Assembly (NCBI GenBank): GCA_964658305.1
Contig: OZ210886.1
Coordinates: 434,001 to 498,000, forward strand
Direction: 5' to 3'
DNA from: Leptogorgia sarmentosa
Lineage: Eukaryota
DNA: 64,000 nucleotides
Position numbers and translations under genes: made by a program
The notes under the pieces: model-generated
What the model was told of the DNA's origin: nothing
The model's database searches: none
What the model saw: the letters and a program-made list of their open reading frames with translations, nothing else
Shown here: positions 11,114 through 23,400 of the stretch, in pieces
How the letters are laid out: every line of letters starts with the position of its first letter
How positions within the stretch are numbered: the first letter of the stretch is position 1

Positions 11114-12833
11114 GACAGCACTTGCTCCGTCCTCATGGTATTTACCACTGACCAGGCTCAAATCTGAGCCCGCTGCCGCTTTCACACCCCCCTGGTTTTT
11201 TCATGCTATATTAATCTTTTTTCAGCAAAAACCATAAAAAAATTATAGTTTTTTTAATTTTGTTCATGTTCTCGAGATATTTGTTTTACTTGGCCGAAGG
11301 TATGGACGTTTTACAATTTTTTCTTGCTCATAAGAGGGAAAAAAACGAATATTGATCTATTAACTCGGAAAAGCGAGGTGGAACTGATCGAGATTGAAGT
11401 ATACTGTCTGTATACATGCAGCTACTCCCTCAGCTAGTCAGAAATTTCTTTTTTGAGTGGTAATCACAACTTTTAAATGAGTATTACAAAGTTGTTGCAG
11501 TGCTTACCATCTTACTAAAATAAACAATTGACTACATACACTATGACGGTCAGTTGGCCAGGTTGTTATTAGATTTTGTCTTAATTGAACAATCACAATA
11601 AGCACAAGTATTTGTACAAGCTACAGTACTCAAAACTTGAACTAATAAAGTACTGACCACCAAGCTCTGGTATTAGGAATGTTATTTTAATTCCTGTGCC
11701 ATTGATATTTTTCACTTGTTTCCATATTTACACTATTGCTGTTTCTCTGTTTCAGTGAAACTCTTAGGGGAAGGGGTACAAGAGGTCAGAAGTCACTCAG
11801 GACTTTTAGTTACCAGAAATGAAAAACTGTGAGAAAAATTCTTGTGGGAGGCACAATAAATGTGCACCAGCCATGTCCCCACCCTGGCTGAAGTAACATT
11901 TTTGGTGTTTTCCACTCATATACCCTCCCAATCTACTGGTAGGTTGGCATTATCTGGAGTAACTGCTGGAAAACTTGCCTGGTATACTTTACTAGTATTA
12001 GAAATACATTTGCAGAATGTCAAAATTTTCCTGTGTAAATTCTCCTGTACAATTCAACTCTATTCTTATTATTTCAGATACATTCTGAAAGTATTATTTC
12101 TGATTCATTTAACAATGAGATATATTTTTGTGGAAAAAAAAGAATTACATCAATTGTAACCAAGCAACATCTTTGCAAAATGAACTGACAAATAAAACTT
12201 GCTGTGAAGCATGGATGCATGCTGTGCTGTAGCATTAATAGTTAATTCAAGAATATTTCTAGATTTAATAAAGTTTAAGTGATGATAATATAAAATTGTT
12301 TCCTTTTGTATTATAGCTATAATTTTTGGTTCTGCATTTTGATGCTCTGTCAGCCTCTGTGCCATATTTTCTGGTACCTATATAAATTAAGAATACTGTA
12401 AAATTAAATGCAATACTGCAGACTATACCTGTGGATCTGAGTCATATCCAACAAAATCAGATACAGAATTCTGAGTAAATGAACTGCACACAAATGATAT
12501 TTCCACCAGGGTCACAAATAAATTTCAATGAGAATGCTCATTTCTACTGACATTTTGTGAAAGTGTAGGTGCATGCACATGCACCTAATATTATAAAGGG
12601 AGTGAAACAAGCCAGGGTTCCCACTAGGCTCCCAGGCCTATTTACTTGCACAAGACAAGTGTGAGATGTAATCAATGTCCCCTACTCTGTCACAATCAGT
12701 GGAATACTGGACTCTTTTATTATATGGCATGTGTCATGTCAGGTTTACTTGCATTGTCTTGATTGTGCTTATCTATAAATTTTTACAGATTGCACTTGGT
12801 TTATATTGAAGTATTTTGCTCCACTACTTTTAA

Positions 12834-12855
12834 CTCTCTCTCTCTCTCTCTCTCT
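12834..12855. repeat. (CT)n microsatellite inside the outer transposon
   Basis: Directly visible. Confidence 0.9.
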
Positions 12856-13666
12856 TGCCATTCAGGCATGTAGTAATGTATTTGTCGACACTTTCACAAC
12901 ATAGCAAATGATAAGTTCCTCAAAATATATTGTATAAAATAATTTTGAAATATTTGTTGTGCAGTGCATATTTTTGTCGACTATATGTATGAAAAAAAAA
13001 TCTGAAAAATCTTACCTGAAATAAAAATGAGGTTTTTGTGGCGTGAAAACCGCTACAATTTTTCTTTGCATTGTAAAATGAGTAATGTGAGCGAAAAATG
13101 CGAAATTGAAAAGATTTTTGTCTTAAAAAACATTCAAAAACTATCGTAAATGTAATTTATATGAAATATTTTGCAAAAACCAGGGGGGAGAATACTGTCG
13201 TCGAAACCTTTGGATCGCGGTTGGTCAGTGGTGCCTACCATGAGGACGGAGCAAGTGCTGTCATGGTAACGGCTAAAAATCCGCCATGTTTTTGGAGACA
13301 CTCTTTGTCCGCGTACGCTTCCTCCAGTATTCTATTATAGCTCAGTGAGTGTGGGAGACTGGGTGGCTGGGAGTGGTGCCTTATTTCTTTGGGGGCTTAT
13401 TGCATTCTTCATTGTAAAATTTAACTACTGCGAAATTTATAATTTCATTAAAAAAATGGAGGAACTGCTCACAGCCCACGATGCCCCAAATCGACCGAAT
13501 CTGCTGGAGAATTCCCCACTCAGTTCAAATTGAGAGCATGCATAAACCAATATGGACGAGTCAGGGGTCAGGAGGACCAATGGTAACTGGAAATTTCACA
13601 GCCTCACACAAATTAGTGGTTTTCAATAACGTTTATCACCAAAATCCTCGCAACCTAACCTAGGGC

Positions 13667-13999
13667 GTAGCGCACACGATACTCAACCACGATACTCAGT
13701 ATCGTGGTTGAAGTCCGTGGCTGAGTATCGTGGTTGAAGCCTAACCCTAACCACGATACTCAACCACGGACTTCAACAACGATACTGAGTATCGTGGCTG
13801 AGTATCGTGGTTGAGTATTGTGGCTGAAGTACTTCAACGACGCACTTCAACCCCGATACTCAACCACGGACTTCAACCCCGATACTCAGCCACGGACTTC
13901 TACCACGATATACTCACGGCATCGTGTAGAAGTCCGTGGTTGAGTATCGTCGTTGAAGTCCGTGGTTGAAGTCCGTGGTTGAGTATCGTGGTTGAGTAC
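13667..13999. repeat. Foldback array of 13-bp units in alternating orientation, probably a MITE
   Basis: About 20 or more copies of CAACCACGATACT / CAACCACGGACTT switching strand several times; flanked by direct repeat TAGGGC at 13661-13666 and 14000-14005. Confidence 0.8.
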
Positions 14000-15248
14000 T
14001 AGGGCTTGTTAGGCAGGGTTAGTTACACTTACTCCTTGATCATGAGTATAGTAAAGCTACTATTTTTACTGCTGAAAATATTAACTTTGCGTAGGTGGCA
14101 GTTCCTCTTAGAACAGACGTCACGTCCTGCCTGTTGCGACTGTTGCGCACATCAAATAAATAATATTCAATTTCTTCACTTATCAACTGCTTTAATGGAT
14201 TTTTTTAAAATTTCTGTATATTCGGCAACGTTAACTGAAGGCGACGATTTTCTGCAATATATTGAACTTAGACTATAAAGCTCGTAGAGAGAGAGGGAGA
14301 GAGAGAGAGCGCTCACATGTTTGCTGGCATTGCTGCATGATCAAAGAAACAACTCCGGTCGACATTTTGAATACGAATAATGAAGTCCTAGCCGAGAGTA
14401 GCCGACCTAACGAGACCAAAATTATAAAGAAGACAATCCTGAATGCTACTCACTCCACGAAATATTATGTTTCTATTCCTCGATAGATAAGTAATTTCTA
14501 AACAGTGTATATTAATATTATCCTCACAGACACAGTCATATCATACTTTCACTAATTTACACATTTCCTAGAAATTTAATTCTTGTTTTTTTGGTTCTTG
14601 ATTTGTTGTATTAAAAGTATTTGTTCAACTTCGCTATGAGCTCCTCAATGGTGTATTGGTATACTCAAATGAAAGGAACTTAATTCGAAAGGAGAATCAG
14701 GAAATAGTTACAGGCGTTAATCTTGATGTTTTCTTATCCACTTCACATTTTTATACATAATTCATTTGAGACGTTCATGTAACGTGTATGCTAGCACGTT
14801 TTACCTATCTTTAATAATATTAGTCCTAATGTTTAGTTTAAAAAAAACTCTTAGGCAGAAAAAAGGTAATGTTTTCTTAGTTCGCTAATGCTTATGTCAG
14901 TTATGTGTTACAGCTTTTCATTGAATGCAGCGCCATAATAGCTTAAAACAGGTCTTGATCACACACAGACACGATTGCTCACTATGTATAAATATGGTAT
15001 GCAAATATTCAACATACTGATGAAATTTTAACGATTACGTTGAGGGTTGGGTAGTACTTTGGACGTGAGTGCTAGCACGACTAGAAACTTTCTCGTCTGC
15101 ATTAATTATGTTGATGAGTTGATGCTGACATTTAAACGAATGCATTTATAATCACGCGGTCATAGCTAGGTACACATGAGCAAAGTGGGACTATCTGTTA
15201 CTGAAAACTGCTGCTGCTCAAACGCGCGTAAATTGAAAAGAAAACGAA

Positions 15249-17777
15249 ATGTCACTGCTCAGGTTCATGATCAAACACAAAGAGGTAGGGAATTTTTTAC
15301 TGTTTATTAAAAGTAGAAAGAATAAAAAAATGATTTCTATATATCGTTTAAAATACTCTTTGATGAAGAAAAGCTAATATATACATCTGAGTGAATCTCT
15401 TGAAAAGGCTTTTTTCATAGCTGTCGCATAATTTATGCCCTTCACATTAGCTTTTAGATTTAGTGAATTGTATTAGATTGAAATTATAAAACTTTCAGTT
15501 TCGTTCATGAAAGCCTGATCATGAGCAGTGCAGAAACTATTGACATCTCCTTCAAATCAATCTACTTCCTTATATGTGTATCATGCTTTCATTTCACTTA
15601 GTCTCTGTACAGCCTGAGCATGCATAGATTCTTTGTGTTGAGAAGAGTTTGCCCAGTGCTAACATTGGCTTTTGTAAACCAAAAATTTGATGAAGTGACA
15701 GCAGTCATTTCCAAGATTGTTGCAAGTTTTTAGATACTAGGGCATTTTCTTACATTTCGTATTAACACCGCAGGGGCTGGGCAAAAATGAATAAAGATTT
15801 GAATAGGTTTAAATAAGTTGCCTATCATACAAAGTTTAAATGGATTTCTCAGTCCGTGCAGCAGTTCACGAAGTTGAGCTACCGGAAAACACGTATCTTA
15901 AGCTTTTAGCTGTCTCCCACGCAAAATTCAAAGCGCGTTTGTACTGAGGAATTGCGAGTATGCCAATTGGAAATCCTAAACGCGTGGACGTGATGTCAGT
16001 ATATTCCATTAGGGCAAGGCGAAAATTGATCAAGTCACAAGTGTGAGAAGTAATTATGAAAGTGAGACAGTCTAATCAATGAAATGAGATTGATAAGACA
16101 AAGTGAAGAGTAATATTCCAGCACAACATGCAATTCACGTCTTCAAAACTTTTCATAATGGGAAAAATTTATATGTACGATGGTTTGAGAAAATTTGGCT
16201 ATAGTTTACAACTACAAGGCTAAAAACATCAGTTATCTACAAGTGTCAAGGCGCGATATTGCCGTTATGAGTTCAGTCGAAAACGTGTAATTGCTTGACA
16301 ATACAGACAATATACTTTCCGTTATGCATATAACTTTTCTGACTGCATGAAAAATCATTGCCACGTATCCCGTCGAATTCACACGTCTTTAAAGAGTTTA
16401 TGAAATGGGAAAAAAAATTTTTCACAACTGTACTCATTTTATAGTTTAAACTATGCTGAATATCATCTGCTTGATTATTTTTGCGCTGCGATTTTTTAAA
16501 GTCGATTTATAAGCTTACAAAGTTGCCAATATTTGTCCCGTGTTGACGCGCGGCCAAATTCACGCTGTGACGTCATTGATCGGTTTATCATATCTAAAGC
16601 GAAGCCGTATTACTAAGGGTGCCACCTGCTACAGAAATAATTTTCAGATAAAATAAGCCACAAGATGGCAAGAACTATCATCACTCAGCCGCCTAGTATA
16701 TGCCACGCGTTTATCGATGTTTGAAGTCCGTCTGTTTGAGTGTATTTTCATTATTTCATTGAGTGTAATTTCATATGATCATGAAAAGTTTGACGTAAAA
16801 AAGGGGGCAATCACCTGGGGATCAGAAAATTATAGTAATTATCAATTATGTGCATTTAACTGGTGGCTTAACTTGGTGTATAAGTAATTGCAACACATAA
16901 TCGTACTGTACAATTCAGTAATTATACAATTACCAATGCTATAATTCTACAATTCTATTAATGCAAACTCTCTTTTTCTCAATTGTTAAACTTTTTTCTG
17001 CAGATCGTCCCAGTCCTGGGATGTGTTGGATTTGGTTGTTCGTTTGGAATATTCATGCTAACAAGAGCAGCTGTAAAATATCCTGATGTCGTGTATGTTA
17101 CAAATTGTTTGACTTCGTAATCACACATACTGTTACGTACCTACCTTACACGATTGGCACAACGAAACTGAAAGTATAATCTTAATTAGCCATTCAGTTA
17201 CTCGGGTGATATACATGTGGAAGCATTTTCTATACAGGCCTTCTATACCCGATGACAAGGCTTTGCTCGAAAAGTCGAATCTTATTGCAGCGTTCAGGCT
17301 GGTTGTACATGAGAGGAACTTTTTGCTATAAATTTCCGACGCGAACCGGCAAGGCGCGTTTTTTTAATATTTATTTGGTCTATACATACTTTTCGTAATT
17401 CTATACATAACCAGACGTTTATATTTTATTTCCTGTTTATAGGTTTGACAAGACAAATAATCCAACTCCGTGGCTAAAAATTAAACCAAATGAGCAAGTC
17501 AAGGTGAGTGACAAGTTTGTAGAAATGTAGTTGGTTTGCTTTTCACATGAGCAAGTGACATAATTAGGCCAACACACTTGCTTGGGAGGCGTTTCCCCAT
17601 TTGATAAAAATGGAATTCTCATAGGAGGGTTCAGAGTCTCAAAACTGGTCTGTTCTCTGTGAGCGGACAGTGAAAGCACTAAGTGTTCTAATAAAATAAA
17701 TCTATTTATCTTTTTAGCTTTATTCTCCGACTGATTTCAGCAAGTTTACAACAGACAGACCAAATATCGACGACTGA
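15249..17777 (+). CDS. NDUFA4: NDUFA4/COXFA4-family cytochrome c oxidase subunit, paralogue A (81 aa)
   Basis: Exons 15249-15284, 17004-17092, 17443-17503, 17718-17777 give MSLLRFMIKHKEIVPVLGCVGFGCSFGIFMLTRAAVKYPDVVFDKTNNPTPWLKIKPNEQVKLYSPTDFSKFTTDRPNIDD, with the family pattern TM-PDV-x-(W/F)D...P.PW...Q.K.Y. Absent from the ORF track. Confidence 0.9.
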
Positions 17778-18618
17778 CAATTCAGTGAGTCTTTCAAAAA
17801 TAGATTGAAGAAATTTATCTGCCCATTTTGACTTGGGTAATGTGAGCTCAGATTATTGTAATTCATAGTTTTATTTAAGTTAAATAATTATAATGTTAGA
17901 TAGTTTACATATAGATTTTTGGTAATTAGTAGACCTTGTCGTTTATTGCATTTTTATACCCAATGGCCTCGTTTAATCGTTTTCATGTTTGCTTTATTTT
18001 ACCTGGCACCATATTCGCTGAAAACGTTTTTCTCTGAATTTGTCAATCCGTTTCAAACCCACTCTCACACTCTGTATTGGCTGTTACACAGAACCATAGT
18101 AAAACAATCTCATGAAAACCAGGCCATTGGTTAAAATTGCAATAAGTCTGTTATCCAAAATTTTTATGATGTATAAATTTTTCTATTTAATAATGCAATT
18201 TGCAAATATTAGTTATGTTACTGTAAATATTAATAAAGGTGGTTTGCCGGATATTTTTTCATTCCCGCACTTCTGTATAATTGAGAGCTGCAATTAAAAT
18301 CGACACGATCACTAGGCCTAGGAGACGAGATTGTAAGGTTCGAGTATCATTTTAAATTTACACTATAACAACAACACTGAAAATCAATTTTGTTATGCTG
18401 GTAGTAGTAGTATATGCTAGTACTTAGCCGTGAGGCCATTTTCATTTGCAAACAGTATATTCCATTGCAAAATGAAGTAATGTCATAATTGAGGCAGCTG
18501 GTTCCAAATACGGTAGGCTCACTTTCTTAAATATCGGCCATTTTGATTTTAATTTCAATTTTCATTGCGTACTTGACTGTGTTCGAAGTCTTTTGATATC
18601 TGCTTTTTTCATTCAACG

Positions 18619-19671
18619 ATGTGGTCGATAATGAGAAAAAACAAAGAGGTAAGTAACCCCTTCAAATACCTGATCATAAAATAAAAGGGAGGAAAAATTA
18701 GAAAAATTGTACAAAAATTAAAAATAAACACAAACAACTTAAAACCCAAACGACCCAAAAGGCCTACTTTGTTGTTTGTATAGTTTAGGCTGTTGTTTTG
18801 GTCTGCTATAAATATGTTTATTAGGTAGTAAAAGTAGTAAAATAGTAAAATTCAAGGTAGTATATTAAAAATTAATACCTTGATTTGTTGAGAAATTTGC
18901 AACACCCCACCCCCCTGAAAAATACGTAAAGAGATGACATTAAATATACAATGAGCAATAATTACCCCAATTAGTAGGGTCATTATATTAAAAAAGTTTT
19001 CAGTTTGCAGTGAAAGTGTACTGATTTTTTCTCTTTTATTTCTTAGTTATATCCAGTTGCAGCATGTGTTGTATTTGGATGTATTCTTGGCAGTGCATAT
19101 CTTCTTAGGATGGCTGTTCAACATCCTGATGCAGCGTAAGTTAACTGTTGTTTTTTGGCTGTTTTGAGATAATTAGTCATTTCTGAATCGAGGGTCAAAA
19201 ATAAACAATATATTGAATATGACATCTGGGAATATACCATACACCTGCGACATGCAGCCATGACGTCAATTGCAGACAACCCACAGTGATATGGGAGAGT
19301 GATGTAGTAATATATGTTTGATAAAAACTGTTTGTGTTTCATTTAGATGGGCAAACAAACGAGCTAATCTACCATGGCTCGATGTAAAACATAATGACCA
19401 GAAGAAGGTAAATGTTTTCTTGCCATCCACATGATTGATCAGTGACCTTTATCTTAAGCTTTTCATTAGCTTTACACAAAGTTTTGCCTTGTGTACATGC
19501 ACATGCATTACATGTGGAAAACATAATAGGAGAAAAATGCGAAGAAAGCTGATAAACTGTCCAAGATGACTCCATGACTCCAAAACTAACTTGCAGTTAT
19601 TTATCTATTTTTAGTTTTATTCATCGTTTGATTATTCGAATCTGAAAGACGAGAAGCCAAAATATGAATGA
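18619..19671 (+). CDS. NDUFA4: NDUFA4/COXFA4-family cytochrome c oxidase subunit, paralogue B (78 aa)
   Basis: Exons 18619-18648, 19047-19135, 19347-19407, 19615-19671 give MWSIMRKNKELYPVAACVVFGCILGSAYLLRMAVQHPDAAWANKRANLPWLDVKHNDQKKFYSSFDYSNLKDEKPKYE. AATAAA at 19805-19810. Confidence 0.92.
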
Positions 19672-20413
19672 GCATTGCATATGATTTGCTTGAGCATTGC
19701 ATTTTCACCTTCAAAATGTTGTTTCTTTATTTTATCTTTGTCAGTTAAGTGAATATTTTCACTGAGCAAACTTCTGTAAAATTATTCCAAAGCTTATTTG
19801 AAGAAATAAATTTCAGTGATATGAATATTTGAGTGTCCACAATTTCTGTGTTTGTAAATGGGTTCCTAAAGCTAGCTCGCACACAAAAACTCCGGACCTC
19901 AAGGGTCTAAACTCGCACAAGCTCACATAAACTCGCAGCATATTAACATTGTTTTTTTTACGCTTAACTCGCCTTATACTCACCACAACATTAAAAAATT
20001 AAAATTTCGCCTAAACCCACCCAAACTCTCACCACTTACACTGCATGAATTTCCCTTAACCTCAATTTTCCTCACTTGCACATTCCTGGTTTACTCGTTC
20101 GTATCCATCAAAAGGAGAGATCGCAGCAAAAACGTGAATGTGATTGGGTGGTGATGGCGTACGTGTGTGTCGCCAGCCAATCAAGTTGCTTCTTTCTTTG
20201 TTCGCGTTAACTGAGTAGTATATGTATAACTTAGTATATGTATAACCTTATGTATAACTTGTACAGTACATGACGATCCTAGAAATACTTGGTTTGGGAA
20301 TTTATAATTTCATATTTAAATTTTATAAAAATATAAAACACGTCCTTTGGATACAAAATCAATGTATTAGCCAGGAACTGTTGTAGATTTTGTATTTACA
20401 CGACAGCATTTTC

Positions 20414-23400
20414 TTATCTGAAAATTGATCTCTCTGTTGGTACGAGTTCCTCTACAAAAGAAAAATTTCGATATTGTCATATTCGTAAGATAAAGTCTCA
20501 TGCGTTCGCTACCTACACTGCGAGGATCAAGACCCTGGGAACGAGGTTACCTACACTGGCCGCATGAAAAAAGAAAACTTACCTGAATGTTTTCTTGGTG
20601 ATATAATTTGATCTTTAATGATCGGTGCACCACAGCCAGGTCGTCCCCACACGTCGTTCATGGTCCTGATATGCTAGAAACAGGAAAACAAAACTTCATC
20701 ATCGATGGAGTTATATCAGTCATCCCAGCACGTTACGCACGTTACCTCATTGCGTCATTAGTATAGTAATAATAATGAATGCAATGACGTAACTTTCATA
20801 AAAACAGAATAATGCATGCATGGATGCTTGGAAATATGAAATTTATTTTTCAGCACATCCATGTATTGTCTTCTATATATTTATTAACAATGACATCATG
20901 GAAACGATATCGAAACAATTCAACCACTTACATCAAATGATAAGTCTCGTTCTTTTGCTCTCTCTATTTGCCTTCTTCTGTTTCTTTCATCAGCCATTTC
21001 TTGTAAATCATCGTAATAGTATTTGCTGTTGTCGTTTTTGAACTGCCGTATTTGAAGTTTCTGTGTAATTATAAAACATTAAATCATGAAAAACAATCCA
21101 TGACCAAATTTACGAGGACATATTCTTCATCCTGGAATATGTTGGCTCAAATACAGCCAGTCAGCCACCCTGCAGAAGGTAACCGGTGGTAGCCCACGAG
21201 TTTTAGTAACTGATAAAACACATGAAACCCACCTCACGAGTGACATCCGAGGTTGCTTTAGGGTTAGCTCTGATTTCCTTTGTATGAATGTCGTAGGTTG
21301 GTTGTCCGACTTTACCCTGACGTAGCCAACTTACCACGCCCACTCCATCCTATCCAAAATATAAAAAGAAAATTAAAATGCACCCAATTATAAGCTGCTT
21401 CACAGGCTTTCTGGCTATATTAGCTACGTACCGATTTATTATAATCGCTTCGTTCTTTTTCACGTAAAACCTCCAACTCCTGATGTTGTTGCTCTAAAAT
21501 CAACAAAACATGCGTGGATTTAAAATTTATAATCAATATTTCAAAACACCAGCACGTGGAAAACTTCAATCGCAGAACAACAGGTCGTGTTTACCATGCA
21601 ATCACGATGCTATACAGCGATAATGAGATGGTTGAAAATAACTGTTCTACAGAATTGCCGCCCTACACGAAACAAACGCTCCATTACCTAAACTTTTCAT
21701 GTACTCTTTCCTTCTTAGTGGATCTCTTTTCAACTGCGCCGATGCTCCCTGTAAAGTAAATATTAACGAAATGGTGAGTAGTAATTGCGACATGTTTCGA
21801 CTAGCTTGGGGTACTAAATGCTGCTGTAGTTTTTCCAAATATCGTTATGACATGCTCTCACATCATCTTACCATGTTATCATTGGCAAGTTTCCCAGTTG
21901 TGTTTGTCATTACATTTCCTCGCTCGTCCTTCAACGGGGCTCCAGCGCCGGGTCTGCCCCAGGGATTATACGAGCCTTCTTTAGGAGTAACCTCACGGAT
22001 ATAAGTTTCTAGTGAGCAAATTTTAAAAAAGGAGAAAAAATTACAGGAGAGGAAAAAATACAAATGAAACATCAATTACAGGATTTTTCAATATGTGAGT
22101 ACTCACGTCCACAAGTATTCTTGGCTAGCGTTGTTTTCTTTTTTGGATTTAAATTTTCGTTTTGGGGTACGCCATCAGTACTATCCCATGAATGTTCGTT
22201 CTGTTCGTTGAAACGAAAATTATATTTAGAGAACCTTACCCTCATTATTTTAGTAGAGATACGACAATTTACAGTCACCTTGAATTTGTCGTTTAGCTGT
22301 TGACGATTTCTCATAATCTTTCCATTTTCTTTTCGTTCAGGTAATCCACCATATCCCTTACCCCATGGGTCGTACATTTCCTTCTAAAAGACATTCGGGA
22401 AACAAACATGTTATAAATTTATCTAGCAGCATCATGATTCAAAAGAACACGGCATTGCCGCGATGAAAAAAAAAAGAAGAATGACACTATATATTTTATT
22501 AAGTTAGTGCTTTACTTACATTTGGTGACGATGCTGGTTGTGTTCCATCTAAAAATGGAGGTAATGTATAATATATCACTCGACAGGTATTTAAATCTAG
22601 GTAGGTATATAAATCTTTCTTACACTTAGAATGACTATGAAATTTAAAACCTTTACGTTTAAGTTACCTTACCTTTTCTTTTAATATGTCTGGTTTCATG
22701 ATTACCAAAAGGATTAGTTTCAATCTATGATAAGATTGTATTAGTAAAAAGTAAAGTCAATTCAGCAATCCGCACTATACGTGGTCAGTATAAATAACTT
22801 CAAAAATCCATAAGATTTGAACAAGTTGTTTTTCTTACTTGTTTAATCGCTTCTTCCTTTTCTTTCTTCTTTTCCCAAATTCGTCTGTTTGTCGATTCGT
22901 TTACTTGAGCATCTGAAGGAAAAAATCTATTTTGGTTTTACTGCAATTGTGTGCTGTTAAAGAGCGATCAACCCTCTTTTTAGTTAAGCTCGAATAAGTA
23001 AAATTATGAAAATTCTCATAATCCGCAACATCTGTTATAAAAAAGTTAACCAGACCAGCAAGTGAGCACAACATACCGAGTTCTTTACCATACGAGTAAT
23101 TCGGCTTGTATCGCTACAGAAATAAAACAAATTTAGGTAGAAGAAAATTAAAGTTAAATTTCTGCATTCTTTCGTCATCGTCACAGTATACGCTTACCAG
23201 TCGTGGGTCAATCTCTACGTTGTGTTGAACAGCTTGGAATCTCAATTCAGGATTCATTTTCAATGATGTTACAACAGTTCCTGATGTTGTTCTGTTTGGA
23301 GAGCCTCCTCCACCAGCACCAGTTGGCTTGCCATTCTAAAAAGACCAACACTATGTTAATACGGGTTTAATTTGGGACAAGCATGTGCAAAGTTCAGGAC

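Larger units (their letters stand above)
7865..13347. mobile_element. Non-autonomous TIR DNA transposon (outer element) with 8-bp TSD, hAT- or P-like CA...TG ends
   Basis: Ends CACTGAGCTATAA / TTATAGCTCAGTG. Long imperfect TIRs (AAAGAGTGTCTCCAAAA; TTACCATGACAGCACTTGCTCCGTCCTCATGGTA; CCCCCCTGGTTTTT are mirrored at 13175-13347). Perfect TSD AGTGTGGG at 7857-7864 and 13348-13355. No intact transposase. Confidence 0.9.

Noticed and set aside
7971..11121. Alternative parse of the inner element with a 7-bp TSD (ACAGCAC) or Sola3-like GAG ends with TTAA
   Set aside because: The 7-bp parse needs mismatched termini and there are no TTAA flanks; the 9-bp parse gives perfect TIRs and matches the 9-bp internal spacer.
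13667..13999. CRISPR-like array
   Set aside because: Units are 13 bp, abut without unique spacers and switch orientation; eukaryotic context with no cas genes.
15420..15700. Protein-like - strand frame in the NDUFA4-A first intron
   Set aside because: Several stops and no recognisable motif.
17245..17300. Penelope-type hammerhead ribozyme remnant (CCGATGACAAGGCTTTGCTCGAAAAGTC)
   Set aside because: The CUGANGA core is mutated and stem I cannot be formed convincingly; at most a dead fragment.
17778..17920. miR-147-like hairpin in an NDUFA4-family 3' UTR, as in vertebrate C15orf48
   Set aside because: No convincing hairpin seen by eye.
20510..20558. Short GACCCTGGGAACGAGGT insert between TACCTACACTG direct repeats (similar half-sites near 18316 and 25948)
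   Set aside because: Fragment of a short palindromic repeat type; too small to classify.
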